From IMG/VR virus record IMGVR_UViG_3300025671_000003: 64,000 bases of DNA; one strand, given 5' to 3'. The translations under genes were made by a program, and so were the position numbers. Below, piece after piece: positions 1-9,624 of the stretch (positions within the stretch are counted from its first letter, which is position 1; each line of letters begins with the position of its first letter). The notes beneath the pieces are model-generated. The model had not been told where the DNA came from and searched no databases. It saw only the letters and a program-made list of their open reading frames with translations. The stretch comes from an uncultured virus (IMG/VR IMGVR_UViG_3300025671_000003). Lineage: Duplodnaviria > Heunggongvirae > Uroviricota > Caudoviricetes.

Positions 1-116
1 TTGCAATAATAATACAACAATTTTTAATACGGATGATTGGATTAAGAATGATGATTTTATAAAATTTGCTAAGTCTAAACAACAAAAGATAGACCAATTA
101 GAAAGAGAGGTTGAGG
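1..116 (+). repeat. Direct repeat copy 1 (identical to 33224-33339)
   Basis: TTGCAATAATAATACAAC...GAAAGAGAGGTTGAGG matches base for base. Confidence 0.95.
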
Positions 117-304
117 GGTTTAAACTTTATTATTCAACAACTGAGTTTAAAATAATAAGAGAAAACCAACAGTTAAAGGAAAGGAATAAGGAGTTTGAAG
201 AAGTTAGTGTGAATGAATTTATGAATTTTTACACTGAATATGATAATGGGTTAAATACTAACTCAACTGTTGCAGAAGTTATTAAACTACTAAAAACTAA
301 ATAG
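2..304 (+). CDS. 5'-truncated coiled-coil hypothetical protein, allele of 33195..33569
   Basis: Hand translation CNNNTTIF...QLEREVE...ENQQLKERNKE...LLKTK*. Confidence 0.75.
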   Translation, partial: CNNNTTIFNTDDWIKNDDFIKFAKSKQQKIDQLEREVEGFKLYYSTTEFKIIRENQQLKERNKEFEEVSVNEFMNFYTEYDNGLNTNSTVAEVIKLLKTK

Positions 305-307
305 ATT

Positions 308-421
308 ATGAGCAATAAAAGAGAAATAAAGTTTTACAAAATAATAAGACCATACATTTATGGTTATGTTATAGGTAAAATTATAATAGATATTGTTAAA
401 ATTGCTAATAACCTAATATAA
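308..421 (+). CDS. 37-aa micro-ORF (MSNKREIK...)
   Basis: Hand translation; shares its N-terminus with 33573..33746. Confidence 0.5.
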   Translation: MSNKREIKFYKIIRPYIYGYVIGKIIIDIVKIANNLI

Positions 422-426
422 AAACA

Positions 427-579
427 ATGAGTGAAGCAGAAAAAGAAGTTATTATAAAAATTAATTTAGAGTTGAACGGAGATACTGCAATAAAAATAAT
501 GAATTGCTTAAAGAAAAATGAGCCTAAAATATGGCAAGAATTAAAAAGCCAAGTAAAAGAAATACTAACTAATAAATGA
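427..579 (+). CDS. 50-aa hypothetical protein, near-identical to 33757..33909
   Basis: MSEAEKEVIIKINLELNGD... conserved in both copies with the same length. Confidence 0.75.
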   Translation: MSEAEKEVIIKINLELNGDTAIKIMNCLKKNEPKIWQELKSQVKEILTNK

Positions 580-664
580 TGAGTTAATCAAACAAGATAA
601 ACAAACAATTAAAGAAATATGATACTGTATAATACCTGATAACTACCATTTAATCTATATTTAG

Positions 665-672
665 TACCTTTG
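665..672 (+). promoter_or_regulatory. Bacteroidota -7 promoter element before terS
   Basis: TACCTTTG fits TAnnTTTG, intergenic. Confidence 0.6.
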
Positions 673-698
673 AATATTCAACCAATAACCAAAACATT

Positions 699-983
699 AT
701 GGCAGATAAAAAAACGAATAGAGGAGGAGCAAGAAAGGGGGCAGGTAGAAAGCCTAAAGCAGAGGAGGATAGAGTAAAGAATTTAGCAATAGGAGGATTA
801 ACAAAAGTATTTGGATCAGAGGAGAAAGCATGGGAGCATATTACTAAACAGGCTAAAGAAAGTTTTCCATATCTAAAGCTGCTTATTGAGTATGGCTATG
901 GTAAGCCTAAAGAAACTAAGCATCTAACTCATGATTTTAACTCAGAGCCTACTTTTGATAGTATTAATATAGAGGTTAAGTAA
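699..983 (+). CDS. terS: Terminase small subunit (putative)
   Basis: GGARKGAGRKP N-terminus; directly upstream of TerL. Confidence 0.7.
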   Translation: MADKKTNRGGARKGAGRKPKAEEDRVKNLAIGGLTKVFGSEEKAWEHITKQAKESFPYLKLLIEYGYGKPKETKHLTHDFNSEPTFDSINIEVK

Positions 984-2174
984 ATGAGTAGTATAGAGTT
1001 AAAAACTACTAAAAACTTTAAATTCCTGTATGATAACCATGTAAACAATAATACAAGGGTATCAATATTAGAGGGGGGTAGCCGTTCAGGTAAAACATGG
1101 AGTATAATACAATTTCTTTTAATTTACTGTTATGCTAATAGAGGGCAGGGATTAACTATTATTATAGCAAGGGATTTTTTAACCTCATTAAAGGCTACTA
1201 TACTACCTGATTTTAAAGAGATACTATTAGAGTATGGTATATTTAGAGATGCTAACTTTAATAAATCAGAGATGATATACAACCTTTATGGCAATACTAT
1301 CAGGTTTATGGGGTTAGATAATGCTGATAAAGTACATGGGGCTAAATCTAATATACTATGGATTAATGAGGCTATATCCTCAGATAAAGATATAGTACTA
1401 CAGCTACAGCAAAGATGTAGCGACTTTATTATATTTGATTATAACCCATCTACCTCTCAGCATTGGGTATATGATTTAGAGTTAAGGGATGATAGTAAAA
1501 TACTTAAAACTACCTTATTAGATAATCCTTTTATACCTGATGAAGTTAGAAAGCAGATATTAAGTTATGAGCCTACTGATAAGAATAAAGAATTAGGTAC
1601 TGCTGATGAGTTTATGTGGAAAGTTTACGGATTAGGAGAGAGAGCAGATGGGGAGGCAGTAATATTTAGAAAGTATGATGTAGTAGATAGTGTGCCTGAT
1701 AGTTATGACAGGATAGTATATGGGTTAGATTATGGTTATACTAATGATCCAACAGCCTGTATAGAGGTTATATTAGATGGTAATAACATTTACTTAAATG
1801 AGATATTATATAGTACAGGATTATTAAACTCAGATATATATAATGCTATAGCTCCTGTAGTACAGGATAAAATAGTTATCCCTGATAGTGCTGAGCCTAA
1901 ATCTAATGATTATTTACTATATGAGGGGTTAAAGATAATACCTGCAGAGAAAGGTAGAGATAGTATAATGTATGGTATAGACTTAATGAGGAGTAAAAAA
2001 ATACATATAACTGCAAATAGTACTAATTTGATTAAGGAATTTAAAAATTATATCTTTGTTAAAAAAAATGGGGTTGTTACAAATAAGCCTATTGATAATT
2101 TTAATCATGGCATAGATGCCTGTAGATATGCAATAATGTACCTCCTTAAAAAGCATGAGGAGATTATAATTTAA
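984..2174 (+). CDS. terL: Terminase large subunit, PBSX/SPP1 type
   Basis: Walker A GGSRSGKT, WINEA, nuclease motifs GLDYGYTNDP and NHGIDACRY. Confidence 0.95.
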   Translation: MSSIELKTTKNFKFLYDNHVNNNTRVSILEGGSRSGKTWSIIQFLLIYCYANRGQGLTIIIARDFLTSLKATILPDFKEILLEYGIFRDANFNKSEMIYNLYGNTIRFMGLDNADKVHGAKSNILWINEAISSDKDIVLQLQQRCSDFIIFDYNPSTSQHWVYDLELRDDSKILKTTLLDNPFIPDEVRKQILSYEPTDKNKELGTADEFMWKVYGLGERADGEAVIFRKYDVVDSVPDSYDRIVYGLDYGYTNDPTACIEVILDGNNIYLNEILYSTGLLNSDIYNAIAPVVQDKIVIPDSAEPKSNDYLLYEGLKIIPAEKGRDSIMYGIDLMRSKKIHITANSTNLIKEFKNYIFVKKNGVVTNKPIDNFNHGIDACRYAIMYLLKKHEEIII

Positions 2175-2177
2175 AGT

Positions 2178-3521
2178 ATGGAATTTAAACTATTTAGCCC
2201 ATCTACATGGGTACAGAAAAATGAGCAGGTAACAACTTATAACAGTAGAATAACATCTAATACATATACCTTTATGGGGGCTGATGGTAATGCCTATGTT
2301 AAAGATGGTTATCAGTTTAACCCTCATGTATATGCTGTAATAAGGTTAATACTTAGGGAGGTAGTAAAGGCTGATTTTGTGTTATATGAGTTAGAGGATA
2401 CTAATACTAAAAGAAAGTTAAAAAATACTCCTCATAAGGTTAAGGCTAAGGATAAAATGGAGGTAGGGGAGCATGATTTATTAAATCTACTTTATAACCC
2501 TAATAGTTTTCAAGGTAAAAGCCAATTTTTAGAAAATGTAATAGGCTATAAACTTATTACAGGTAAATCATTTATCCATCAGTTATATCCTGATATGGGG
2601 GTTAATGCAGGAATACCTATTGAGCTATTTAGTTTAGCATCTCCATTAGTATCAGTAAAGCATAACCAATATGGAGAGCCTGTTAAGTATATTGTAAAGG
2701 TAGGTACAGATACCACAGATATACCTGCTGAGGAGGTAGTAGCATTTAACTACTTTAATCCTTTAACTACAGATAATACAGGGCAAAGCCCATTAATGGC
2801 AGCACGTACCTCAGTTACTCAGAGTAATGATGGGTATAAGGCTAATGCTAAAATGCTACAAAATGGAGGGGCATCAGGGATATTAACTTACTTATCTACT
2901 AATCCTGCTAATAGTTTTGATACTAAAAAACAGCAGCAGTTAGAGGATAAATACTATAACAGATATGGTGGGGTTAATAACTATGGTAAAATCATGGTAA
3001 CTAATGCTCAGATGAAATGGGAGCAGATAGGGTTACCTGCTACTGATTTAGAATTAATAGAGGCTCAAAAAATGACCATGAGAGATATATGTAATGTATA
3101 TGGGGTTAGTAGTCAACTATTAAATGATACTGAGAATAGTACATATAATAATGTTAAAGAGGCACGAAAGGAGTTAATATCTAATATAGTATTAGCAGAG
3201 TTAAATGATTATGTATCTGAGATTAATAGGGTTTTAGTACCTAAGTATGAGGCAAGGGATAACAAAAAATACTTATTAGCAGTAGATAAATCTGTATATC
3301 CTGAATTAAAAGAGGATGAGGTAAGTTTATACACTATGCTATCTACATCTAACTTTTTAACTACAGATGAAAAAAGAAGTAGGGCAGGATTAGAGGAGAT
3401 AGGTACTCCTGAGGCATCAGAGGTATTAATACCTAACTCTTTAACTCCTTTAAATATGACTGATGAGCAGTTATTAGGGGCAGCTTTTAACCAAACAACA
3501 AACAATAATAATAATGGCTAA
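2178..3521 (+). CDS. HK97-family portal protein
   Basis: GQSPL, ICNVYGVSSQLLN, TYNN, LTTDEKR motifs; position. Confidence 0.92.
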   Translation: MEFKLFSPSTWVQKNEQVTTYNSRITSNTYTFMGADGNAYVKDGYQFNPHVYAVIRLILREVVKADFVLYELEDTNTKRKLKNTPHKVKAKDKMEVGEHDLLNLLYNPNSFQGKSQFLENVIGYKLITGKSFIHQLYPDMGVNAGIPIELFSLASPLVSVKHNQYGEPVKYIVKVGTDTTDIPAEEVVAFNYFNPLTTDNTGQSPLMAARTSVTQSNDGYKANAKMLQNGGASGILTYLSTNPANSFDTKKQQQLEDKYYNRYGGVNNYGKIMVTNAQMKWEQIGLPATDLELIEAQKMTMRDICNVYGVSSQLLNDTENSTYNNVKEARKELISNIVLAELNDYVSEINRVLVPKYEARDNKKYLLAVDKSVYPELKEDEVSLYTMLSTSNFLTTDEKRSRAGLEEIGTPEASEVLIPNSLTPLNMTDEQLLGAAFNQTTNNNNNG

Positions 3522-4371
3522 AACCTATCAGCAGAGGGTAATAGTATATAAGGCTGCTAATCGTATTAGGAATAGAGATATTAGGAGGCATCAGTATAGT
3601 ATAGCTAATGCATTAATGGTATCTATTACTCCTTTAATTGATAGAATAGGCAGAGTAGAGCAGTTTAATGAGGGTATGTTATCATTAGTTAGAGAGGATG
3701 CATTAACTGAGGCTATTAAAAACATTTATCTTACTACAGGCATATCATTTGCAAGGGCATCAGAGAAAAGCCTAACTAAGATGGGTAAAAAAGAGTTTTC
3801 AGATTTTAGCTTTAATCAAAAGGTACAGCAGATATTAAAAGATAATACTAAAGGGGGCTTAGGTATGTTAATAGTACAAATGAATACATATACTAAAAAG
3901 CTAATAGCTGCTGAGATAGATGTATTAATTAAAGAGGGGTTATCTTATGGAGAGATGGGGGTAATATTAAAAAGTAAGTTTAAAGATATAAATAGAGTTA
4001 GGGGTATTAGAATAGCACGTACTGAAACTGTTAAAGCCTCTAATTTTGGAGCATTAGAGGGGGCAATACAATCAGGTGTACCATTTATTAAGGAGTGGAA
4101 TGCAGTATTAGATAGTAGAGTTAGGGGGCTACATGGGGCAGCAGATGGTAAACAGGCTAAACAGGATGATGCATTTAGGATAGGAGGAGATAAAATGTTA
4201 CATCCTGCTGATACAAGTTTAGGGGCATCAGCAAAGAATGTAATTAATTGTAGATGTGTTATTGACTTTATACCATTGGATGAGTATGATAGCAGTAAGG
4301 ATACAGCTATTAACCCTGTAGAGCTACCTCCTGAGCTACCTGATTTTGATAACATGGATACTCCGTTTTAA
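3514..4371 (+). CDS. MuF/gp7-like minor head protein
   Basis: IARTE, KEW...DSRVR..H, INCRC motifs. Confidence 0.9.
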   Translation: MAKTYQQRVIVYKAANRIRNRDIRRHQYSIANALMVSITPLIDRIGRVEQFNEGMLSLVREDALTEAIKNIYLTTGISFARASEKSLTKMGKKEFSDFSFNQKVQQILKDNTKGGLGMLIVQMNTYTKKLIAAEIDVLIKEGLSYGEMGVILKSKFKDINRVRGIRIARTETVKASNFGALEGAIQSGVPFIKEWNAVLDSRVRGLHGAADGKQAKQDDAFRIGGDKMLHPADTSLGASAKNVINCRCVIDFIPLDEYDSSKDTAINPVELPPELPDFDNMDTPF

Positions 4372-4389
4372 TAATTAGAATCTTAATAT

Positions 4390-4397
4390 TAACTTTG
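4390..4397 (+). promoter_or_regulatory. TAnnTTTG promoter element before protease/capsid
   Basis: TAACTTTG, intergenic. Confidence 0.55.
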
Positions 4398-4413
4398 AAG
4401 TAAATTAATAACT

Positions 4414-5118
4414 ATGAGTAAATATTTAATACAAAAAAATAGTTCAGGAGCTACATTAAAGGATGTAGATGTAAAGAATGGAGTAATTACAGGATACTTT
4501 GCCTCATTTGATACATTGGATAGTGATGGGGATGTATTTACTAAAGGGGCTTTTAAAAAGTCTATTAATGAAAATAGTAATAGGATAATGCATTTATTAC
4601 AGCATGATGTATTAAAGCCTATAGGTAGACCTGAGGTATTAAGAGAGGATACTAAAGGTTTATACTTTGAAACTAAGTTAAACAGTAAACAGTTAGAGGT
4701 ATCATATATAAAAGATACTTTAAAACTATATGAGGCAGGAGTATTTAATGAGCATAGTGTAGGATTTATTACTATGCAGGAGCATAAGGGTAATAAAGGA
4801 GGTAACTCAGTTAACTTTATCTCTGAGGCTAAGTTAATGGAGGGGAGTACTGTTACATGGGGGGCTAATGAGAATACTCCATACATGGGATTAAAATCGT
4901 TAACAAAAGATAATATAAATGATAGAATAGATAAAGTCTGTAAGGCTCTAAAAATAGGAGAGCTATCAGATGACTTATTTATAAAGTTAGAAATAGAGCT
5001 ACAAAGTATTAAAACTTTTATCAGCCAATTAAAGCAGCCATCTGAGGATACTGCAGATATAATTACTGAGAAAGCAAATGCAGATGTAGTAAACTTTCTA
5101 AAACAATTAAAAATTTAA
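4414..5118 (+). CDS. HK97-type prohead protease
   Basis: GYFASF..DSDGD..GAF, LLQHD..PIG, SVGF, EGSTVTWGAN. Confidence 0.93.
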   Translation: MSKYLIQKNSSGATLKDVDVKNGVITGYFASFDTLDSDGDVFTKGAFKKSINENSNRIMHLLQHDVLKPIGRPEVLREDTKGLYFETKLNSKQLEVSYIKDTLKLYEAGVFNEHSVGFITMQEHKGNKGGNSVNFISEAKLMEGSTVTWGANENTPYMGLKSLTKDNINDRIDKVCKALKIGELSDDLFIKLEIELQSIKTFISQLKQPSEDTADIITEKANADVVNFLKQLKI

Positions 5119-5143
5119 TAATAACAATTTAAACTTAAAAAAA

Positions 5144-6382
5144 ATGTCAGAAATTGATGTAAAAAGTTTAGCAGATGGTATCAACGGTAAGTTAGATACT
5201 CATGAGGCTAACATGAAAAGTTTATCAGATAAGATAGAGGCTGTAGAAAAATATGCAGGATCTACTGATGAAATTAAAAAAGAATTAAATGCAATTAATG
5301 AGGAGCATAAAAAAAGTAGCTCAGAGTTAATGGATTTAGTAAAAAAGGCTCAGGCTCATGCTGATGAGTTAGATGTACAGTTAAAAAAGAAAGGCTCTAA
5401 CAAAGTAGTTAGCCGTAAAGGTTTAATCTTAGAGGCAGCAAATGAAAAAGCTGCAGAGTTAAAGCAATTATCTGTAGATGGGCAAGGTAAAGTATCTTTA
5501 TCTGTTAAGGCAGGAGATATGACTCAGGCTAATACCTATACAAATGATGTAGCTGCTACTCAGTTGTTAAACGGTACTTATTTTAACCCTGATAGAGCAG
5601 TAAACATCAGAAACTTTATGAATGTAATACCTACTACTGCAGGTAGTATTAGATATATTCAGGAGACTGCTTTTGATGATGGTACTGCTGCTAAAGCAGA
5701 GGGAAGTGCTGCAGGTCAATCTGATTTTGATTTAACAGAGCAAACTGCTAATGTAAAATCTATAGCTACTTATATGACTATGAGTAAAGAAATGTTAGAG
5801 GATACTCCATTTTTAGCAGGTTATATTAATGCACGTTTATTCTCTAAATTGTTAAAAGAGGAGGATGATCAAATTCTACATGGTACAGGAGCAGGAGCTA
5901 ATATCTCAGGTTTATCTGTAAATGCATCTGCTTATAGTGATTTATTAGCTGATAGTAAAGTAAATAGATTTGATGTATTATTTAACGCTTTAACTAATGC
6001 TTATAATAATGAGTATGTACCTAATGCTATCTTTGTAAACCCTACCGACTATATGTTGTTAGCTACAGAGAAAGATGATAATGGTATGCCTATCTATCCT
6101 GCTCAAATTTTATCGGGAGGTATGTTAACTGTAAATGGAGTACCTGTTATTAAGAGTACTGCAGTAACATCTGATGAGTTTTTTGTAGGAGATTTTAGAT
6201 TAGGGGCTACATTAGCTGTTAGACAGGATGTAAACGTATCATTTAGCTCTGAACATTCTACTAACTTTATTGATGGTAATGTAACAGTTATGGCTGAGGA
6301 GAGAGTAGCTCTGCCTATCCATAATACTCAGGCTTTTGTTTATGGAGATTTTTCAAATGCATTAGCATTAGGATCAGCATAA
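5144..6382 (+). CDS. HK97-fold major capsid protein
   Basis: Coiled-coil delta domain, EDDQILHGTG, FFVGDF, AEERVAL. Confidence 0.93.
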   Translation: MSEIDVKSLADGINGKLDTHEANMKSLSDKIEAVEKYAGSTDEIKKELNAINEEHKKSSSELMDLVKKAQAHADELDVQLKKKGSNKVVSRKGLILEAANEKAAELKQLSVDGQGKVSLSVKAGDMTQANTYTNDVAATQLLNGTYFNPDRAVNIRNFMNVIPTTAGSIRYIQETAFDDGTAAKAEGSAAGQSDFDLTEQTANVKSIATYMTMSKEMLEDTPFLAGYINARLFSKLLKEEDDQILHGTGAGANISGLSVNASAYSDLLADSKVNRFDVLFNALTNAYNNEYVPNAIFVNPTDYMLLATEKDDNGMPIYPAQILSGGMLTVNGVPVIKSTAVTSDEFFVGDFRLGATLAVRQDVNVSFSSEHSTNFIDGNVTVMAEERVALPIHNTQAFVYGDFSNALALGSA

Positions 6383-6422
6383 TTAAAGATGCCATATTGT
6401 TAAGTATATTATATTTAATAAT

Positions 6423-6456
6423 AAAAAAGCCCTCTACTATTTGTAGGGGGTTTTTT
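6423..6456 (+). terminator. Rho-independent terminator after the capsid gene
   Basis: AAAAAAGCCCTCTAC-TATTT-GTAGGGGGTTTTTT hairpin with T run. Confidence 0.85.
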
Positions 6457-6472
6457 GTATAAGATATTTTAC

Positions 6473-6480
6473 TATATTTG
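6473..6480 (+). promoter_or_regulatory. TAnnTTTG promoter element for the phage A glycan module
   Basis: TATATTTG just after the terminator. Confidence 0.6.
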
Positions 6481-6505
6481 TAGGGAGCAAATCAAATAAA
6501 ACATT

Positions 6506-7135
6506 ATGAGCAATAAAATAAGTATTTGTATATGTACACTACCTCAAAGAATGGATAGTTTAGCAGATGTACTATGGGATTTAGAAAATCAATACAATAA
6601 ACTTACTAAAGAGTATCAGGATAGAGTAGAGATATTATATTTAGGAGATTTTAAAACCTTAACAGTAGGAGCTAAAAGGAATAGATTAGCTAACTGCAGT
6701 ACAGGAGATTATATATCTTTTATAGATGATGATGATAGTGTATCTGATACTTATTTATGTCATTTATTAAATGCTATTGATACAGCTCCTAATATGGATG
6801 TATATACTTTTAAAGTAGAGATTAGTATTAATGGAGGTATGCCTAAGGATGTATATTATAGTAAAGACTATTTAAAAGACCAAAATTTAAAGGATAGATA
6901 CCTTAGAATACCTAACCATTTAATGTTATTTAAAAGCCATTTAGTAACCTTAAATAGATATGAGGATATATCATTTAGAGAGGATGAGAAATGGGCTAAA
7001 AAGGTATTAAATCAAATTAAAACAGAGTACAAAATACCTTATACTTTATATAGGTATAACTGTAATCATGCTAATAGTGAAACTCTACCAAAAGAAATAA
7101 AAGAAAGTTTATTAAAATCAGAGGATAATGATTAA
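6506..7135 (+). CDS. GT2/GT-A glycosyltransferase
   Basis: ISICICT, GAKRN, GDYISFIDDDD, ED motif. Confidence 0.88.
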   Translation: MSNKISICICTLPQRMDSLADVLWDLENQYNKLTKEYQDRVEILYLGDFKTLTVGAKRNRLANCSTGDYISFIDDDDSVSDTYLCHLLNAIDTAPNMDVYTFKVEISINGGMPKDVYYSKDYLKDQNLKDRYLRIPNHLMLFKSHLVTLNRYEDISFREDEKWAKKVLNQIKTEYKIPYTLYRYNCNHANSETLPKEIKESLLKSEDND

Positions 7136-7307
7136 TACATATAACTATTGGTGCCTAAATGTAGAATGTAATGAAAATACTTTACTACATATAAGTACTA
7201 CAGAAAAAAACAAGGATAAAACTAAATGCCCTAAATGTAAGGGTAAATTAAAATTAGTGGGGCTACATAGTAATATATTACATCATGGTACTCAGGAAAG
7301 CAGATAA
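7128..7307 (+). CDS. 59-aa zinc-ribbon protein (not in the ORF track)
   Basis: Hand translation MINTYNYWCLNVEC...CPKCKGKL; overlaps the upstream stop. Confidence 0.65.
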   Translation: MINTYNYWCLNVECNENTLLHISTTEKNKDKTKCPKCKGKLKLVGLHSNILHHGTQESR

Positions 7308-7308
7308 A

Positions 7309-8004
7309 ATGGATAAAATCAGTTTAATAATAGTACATAAGGGGGATACTCAGGCTAATATAGATATGTTAACAGAGTGCTATGAGAGTGCAATATATAC
7401 AACTAAAGCAGATTTAGAGGTAATAGTAGTATATGATGCTGCTCATACTGTACCTAATTTAGCTACTACTTTAATAGATAAGAAAGTAAAACAGCCTAAG
7501 CCTTTTAATTATAATGCCTCATTAAATGCAGGGGCAGATGTATCTACAGGTAATTACTTATATTTTGCTAACTCTGATTTGATATTTAAAGAGGGTGCAT
7601 TAGATGAGCTAATACTAATGAGTAAAAAACATACTTTGCATAGTTCATCTGCTATATGCCCTGTAGCCCATAGCTATACAAAAAATAAAAGAGGGGTAAT
7701 GTTATCATATAATGTAGGTACTCATTTTACAGGATGGGGATTTATGTTAACAAGGTATGCCTATAATAGAATAGGTAAATTAAAAACTAATTGCCCTTTT
7801 TATTGTGCTGATAATGAAACTGTAGAGCAGTTAAAAGCTGCAGGGTTGAGGCATGGATTAGTAAAGAGTGCTGAGATAGAGCATTTAGGACAACAAACTC
7901 AAAAGAATTTAGATAGTAAAACCTATTTTGCATATTGTGTAGATAGTGTTAAGAAATTTAACAAATTGTATGATCAAAATATATTTAACTTAAATAATAA
8001 ATAG
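7309..8004 (+). CDS. GT2/GT-A glycosyltransferase
   Basis: FNYNASLNAG, YLYFANSD, FYCAD; start moved to ATG 7309. Confidence 0.85.
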   Translation: MDKISLIIVHKGDTQANIDMLTECYESAIYTTKADLEVIVVYDAAHTVPNLATTLIDKKVKQPKPFNYNASLNAGADVSTGNYLYFANSDLIFKEGALDELILMSKKHTLHSSSAICPVAHSYTKNKRGVMLSYNVGTHFTGWGFMLTRYAYNRIGKLKTNCPFYCADNETVEQLKAAGLRHGLVKSAEIEHLGQQTQKNLDSKTYFAYCVDSVKKFNKLYDQNIFNLNNK

Positions 8005-8005
8005 T

Positions 8006-8299
8006 ATGGCAAATAAAGATAAAAAAAAGAATAACCCTATAAGTAAAAGGGCTTATAATAGGAGGTTAAAACAGTTAAAGGGTAAACATAAACCTCATAC
8101 AGAAAACATAAGTAAGGAGGCTAAATTACAAACCCATACAGAGCTATTAACCATGTATGAGCTATTTATAAAACAAACAGGGCAGCGTAAAAGGTTTACT
8201 AAATGGCTATCTAAAAATGTAGCATCTGTACCTAAACAAAAATATACTTTAGTAGATAGGCTAAAAGTTATTATTAATTATTTCTTTAAACCTTTATAA
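8006..8299 (+). CDS. Basic hypothetical protein
   Basis: Tightly packed ORF in the operon. Confidence 0.6.
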   Translation: MANKDKKKNNPISKRAYNRRLKQLKGKHKPHTENISKEAKLQTHTELLTMYELFIKQTGQRKRFTKWLSKNVASVPKQKYTLVDRLKVIINYFFKPL

Positions 8300-8300
8300 G

Positions 8301-8939
8301 ATGAGCAATTTATATGACACAAATAATATATATTTATTTGATAAGAAAGGTAATAAAATACATAGTACTGCTATAATAGAGGATGAGGTAATAATAGGCT
8401 CAGATAATTATATAGGGGCTTATACTGTTATTAAATCAGGTACAACTATAGGAGATAATAATTATATAGGGATAGGCTGTATAATAGGGGATGATCCTGA
8501 AAAAGTAGGCTGTTTTGATGTAGTATCAGGGGTAGTTATAGGTAATAATAATAGATTATCTAAGCAGGTTACTATAGATAGGGGTAATGTAGTTAAAACA
8601 TTGTTAAAAGATAATATACTAATGTTAAAAAATGCTCATATAGGGCATGACTGTAAAATTATGGATAACTGTACTATAGGCTGTAATGTAGCTATAGGAG
8701 GTAATACATTTATGGAGGCTTTTGTAACATTAGGGTTAAATGCATCAGTACATCAGAGGAGTTGGATACCTATGGGTAGTATGATAGGAGCAAATAGCTT
8801 TTGGAAAGATAACTATACTGATGAGATATTACCTGAGGATGATTTTTGGATATGGGTAGGTACTCCTACAGAAAAAACAAAGCCAAATAATATAGGGTAT
8901 AATAGATATGTAGAAATAAAAGAAAATGAAAAAAGATAA
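8301..8939 (+). CDS. LpxA-like hexapeptide-repeat acyltransferase
   Basis: IG-x-N-x-IG hexapeptide repeats, VTIDRG, AHIGHDC, VHQ. Confidence 0.88.
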   Translation: MSNLYDTNNIYLFDKKGNKIHSTAIIEDEVIIGSDNYIGAYTVIKSGTTIGDNNYIGIGCIIGDDPEKVGCFDVVSGVVIGNNNRLSKQVTIDRGNVVKTLLKDNILMLKNAHIGHDCKIMDNCTIGCNVAIGGNTFMEAFVTLGLNASVHQRSWIPMGSMIGANSFWKDNYTDEILPEDDFWIWVGTPTEKTKPNNIGYNRYVEIKENEKR

Positions 8940-9624
8940 TATAAAGGTAGTAGTATCATATCCATCTCATAATAGGTTAGATTATTGTAAAATAACTTTA
9001 CCTCAGGTTATTAATGAGGTTAAAAATGCTAAGAATAAAAGCATATTATATATAGGGGATGATAACTCTACAGATGGTACATGGGAGTATATTAATAGTA
9101 CTATGGGGGCTACTGTAATAGAACAGCAAAAGGTAGGTAATAGTATATGGCAGCTAAATAATGCTTTTGATTTAGCACGTTCAGTTAATGCTGAGTATGT
9201 TTATGCTATGGCTAATGATATATTAATGCCTGATGGTATAATAGATAAAATGGTTAAGTTAATGGAGCAATATCCTGATGCCTGTAGTATGATGGTAGAG
9301 GAGTGTTTTAATATGCCTTATATACATCCTGCTATAACAGTAGAGGAGCATTTATTTACATCCTCTTTAGGTATCCATAGAGTAGAGGCATATCCTCAAA
9401 AGATGGTAGCAAATAAAAGGTTTTTCGGCTTTCAAGATTATCAAAGAAAGGCTATTAAAAATCATGGCTTTGCTGCTTATAGGATTAAGGGGATAGGTAA
9501 TACTAATTTAGATGGTAGCTCATGGAGTAGGCAGGATGAGTATGAGAGTTTAGGTTATGCTCGAAAAGGGTTAGTAAGTAATGAAAAAAGTATTTATAAA
9601 TTTGAAAAGGGGCAAATAGAATGA
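8926..9624 (+). CDS. GT2-like glycosyltransferase
   Basis: YPSHNR, DDNSTDGT, ANDIL. Confidence 0.8.
   Translation: MKKDNIKVVVSYPSHNRLDYCKITLPQVINEVKNAKNKSILYIGDDNSTDGTWEYINSTMGATVIEQQKVGNSIWQLNNAFDLARSVNAEYVYAMANDILMPDGIIDKMVKLMEQYPDACSMMVEECFNMPYIHPAITVEEHLFTSSLGIHRVEAYPQKMVANKRFFGFQDYQRKAIKNHGFAAYRIKGIGNTNLDGSSWSRQDEYESLGYARKGLVSNEKSIYKFEKGQIE

Noticed and set aside
1..610. CRISPR array or integron at the repeated anchors
   Set aside because: Anchors differ from one another, are not regularly spaced or palindromic, and there are no cas or integrase genes
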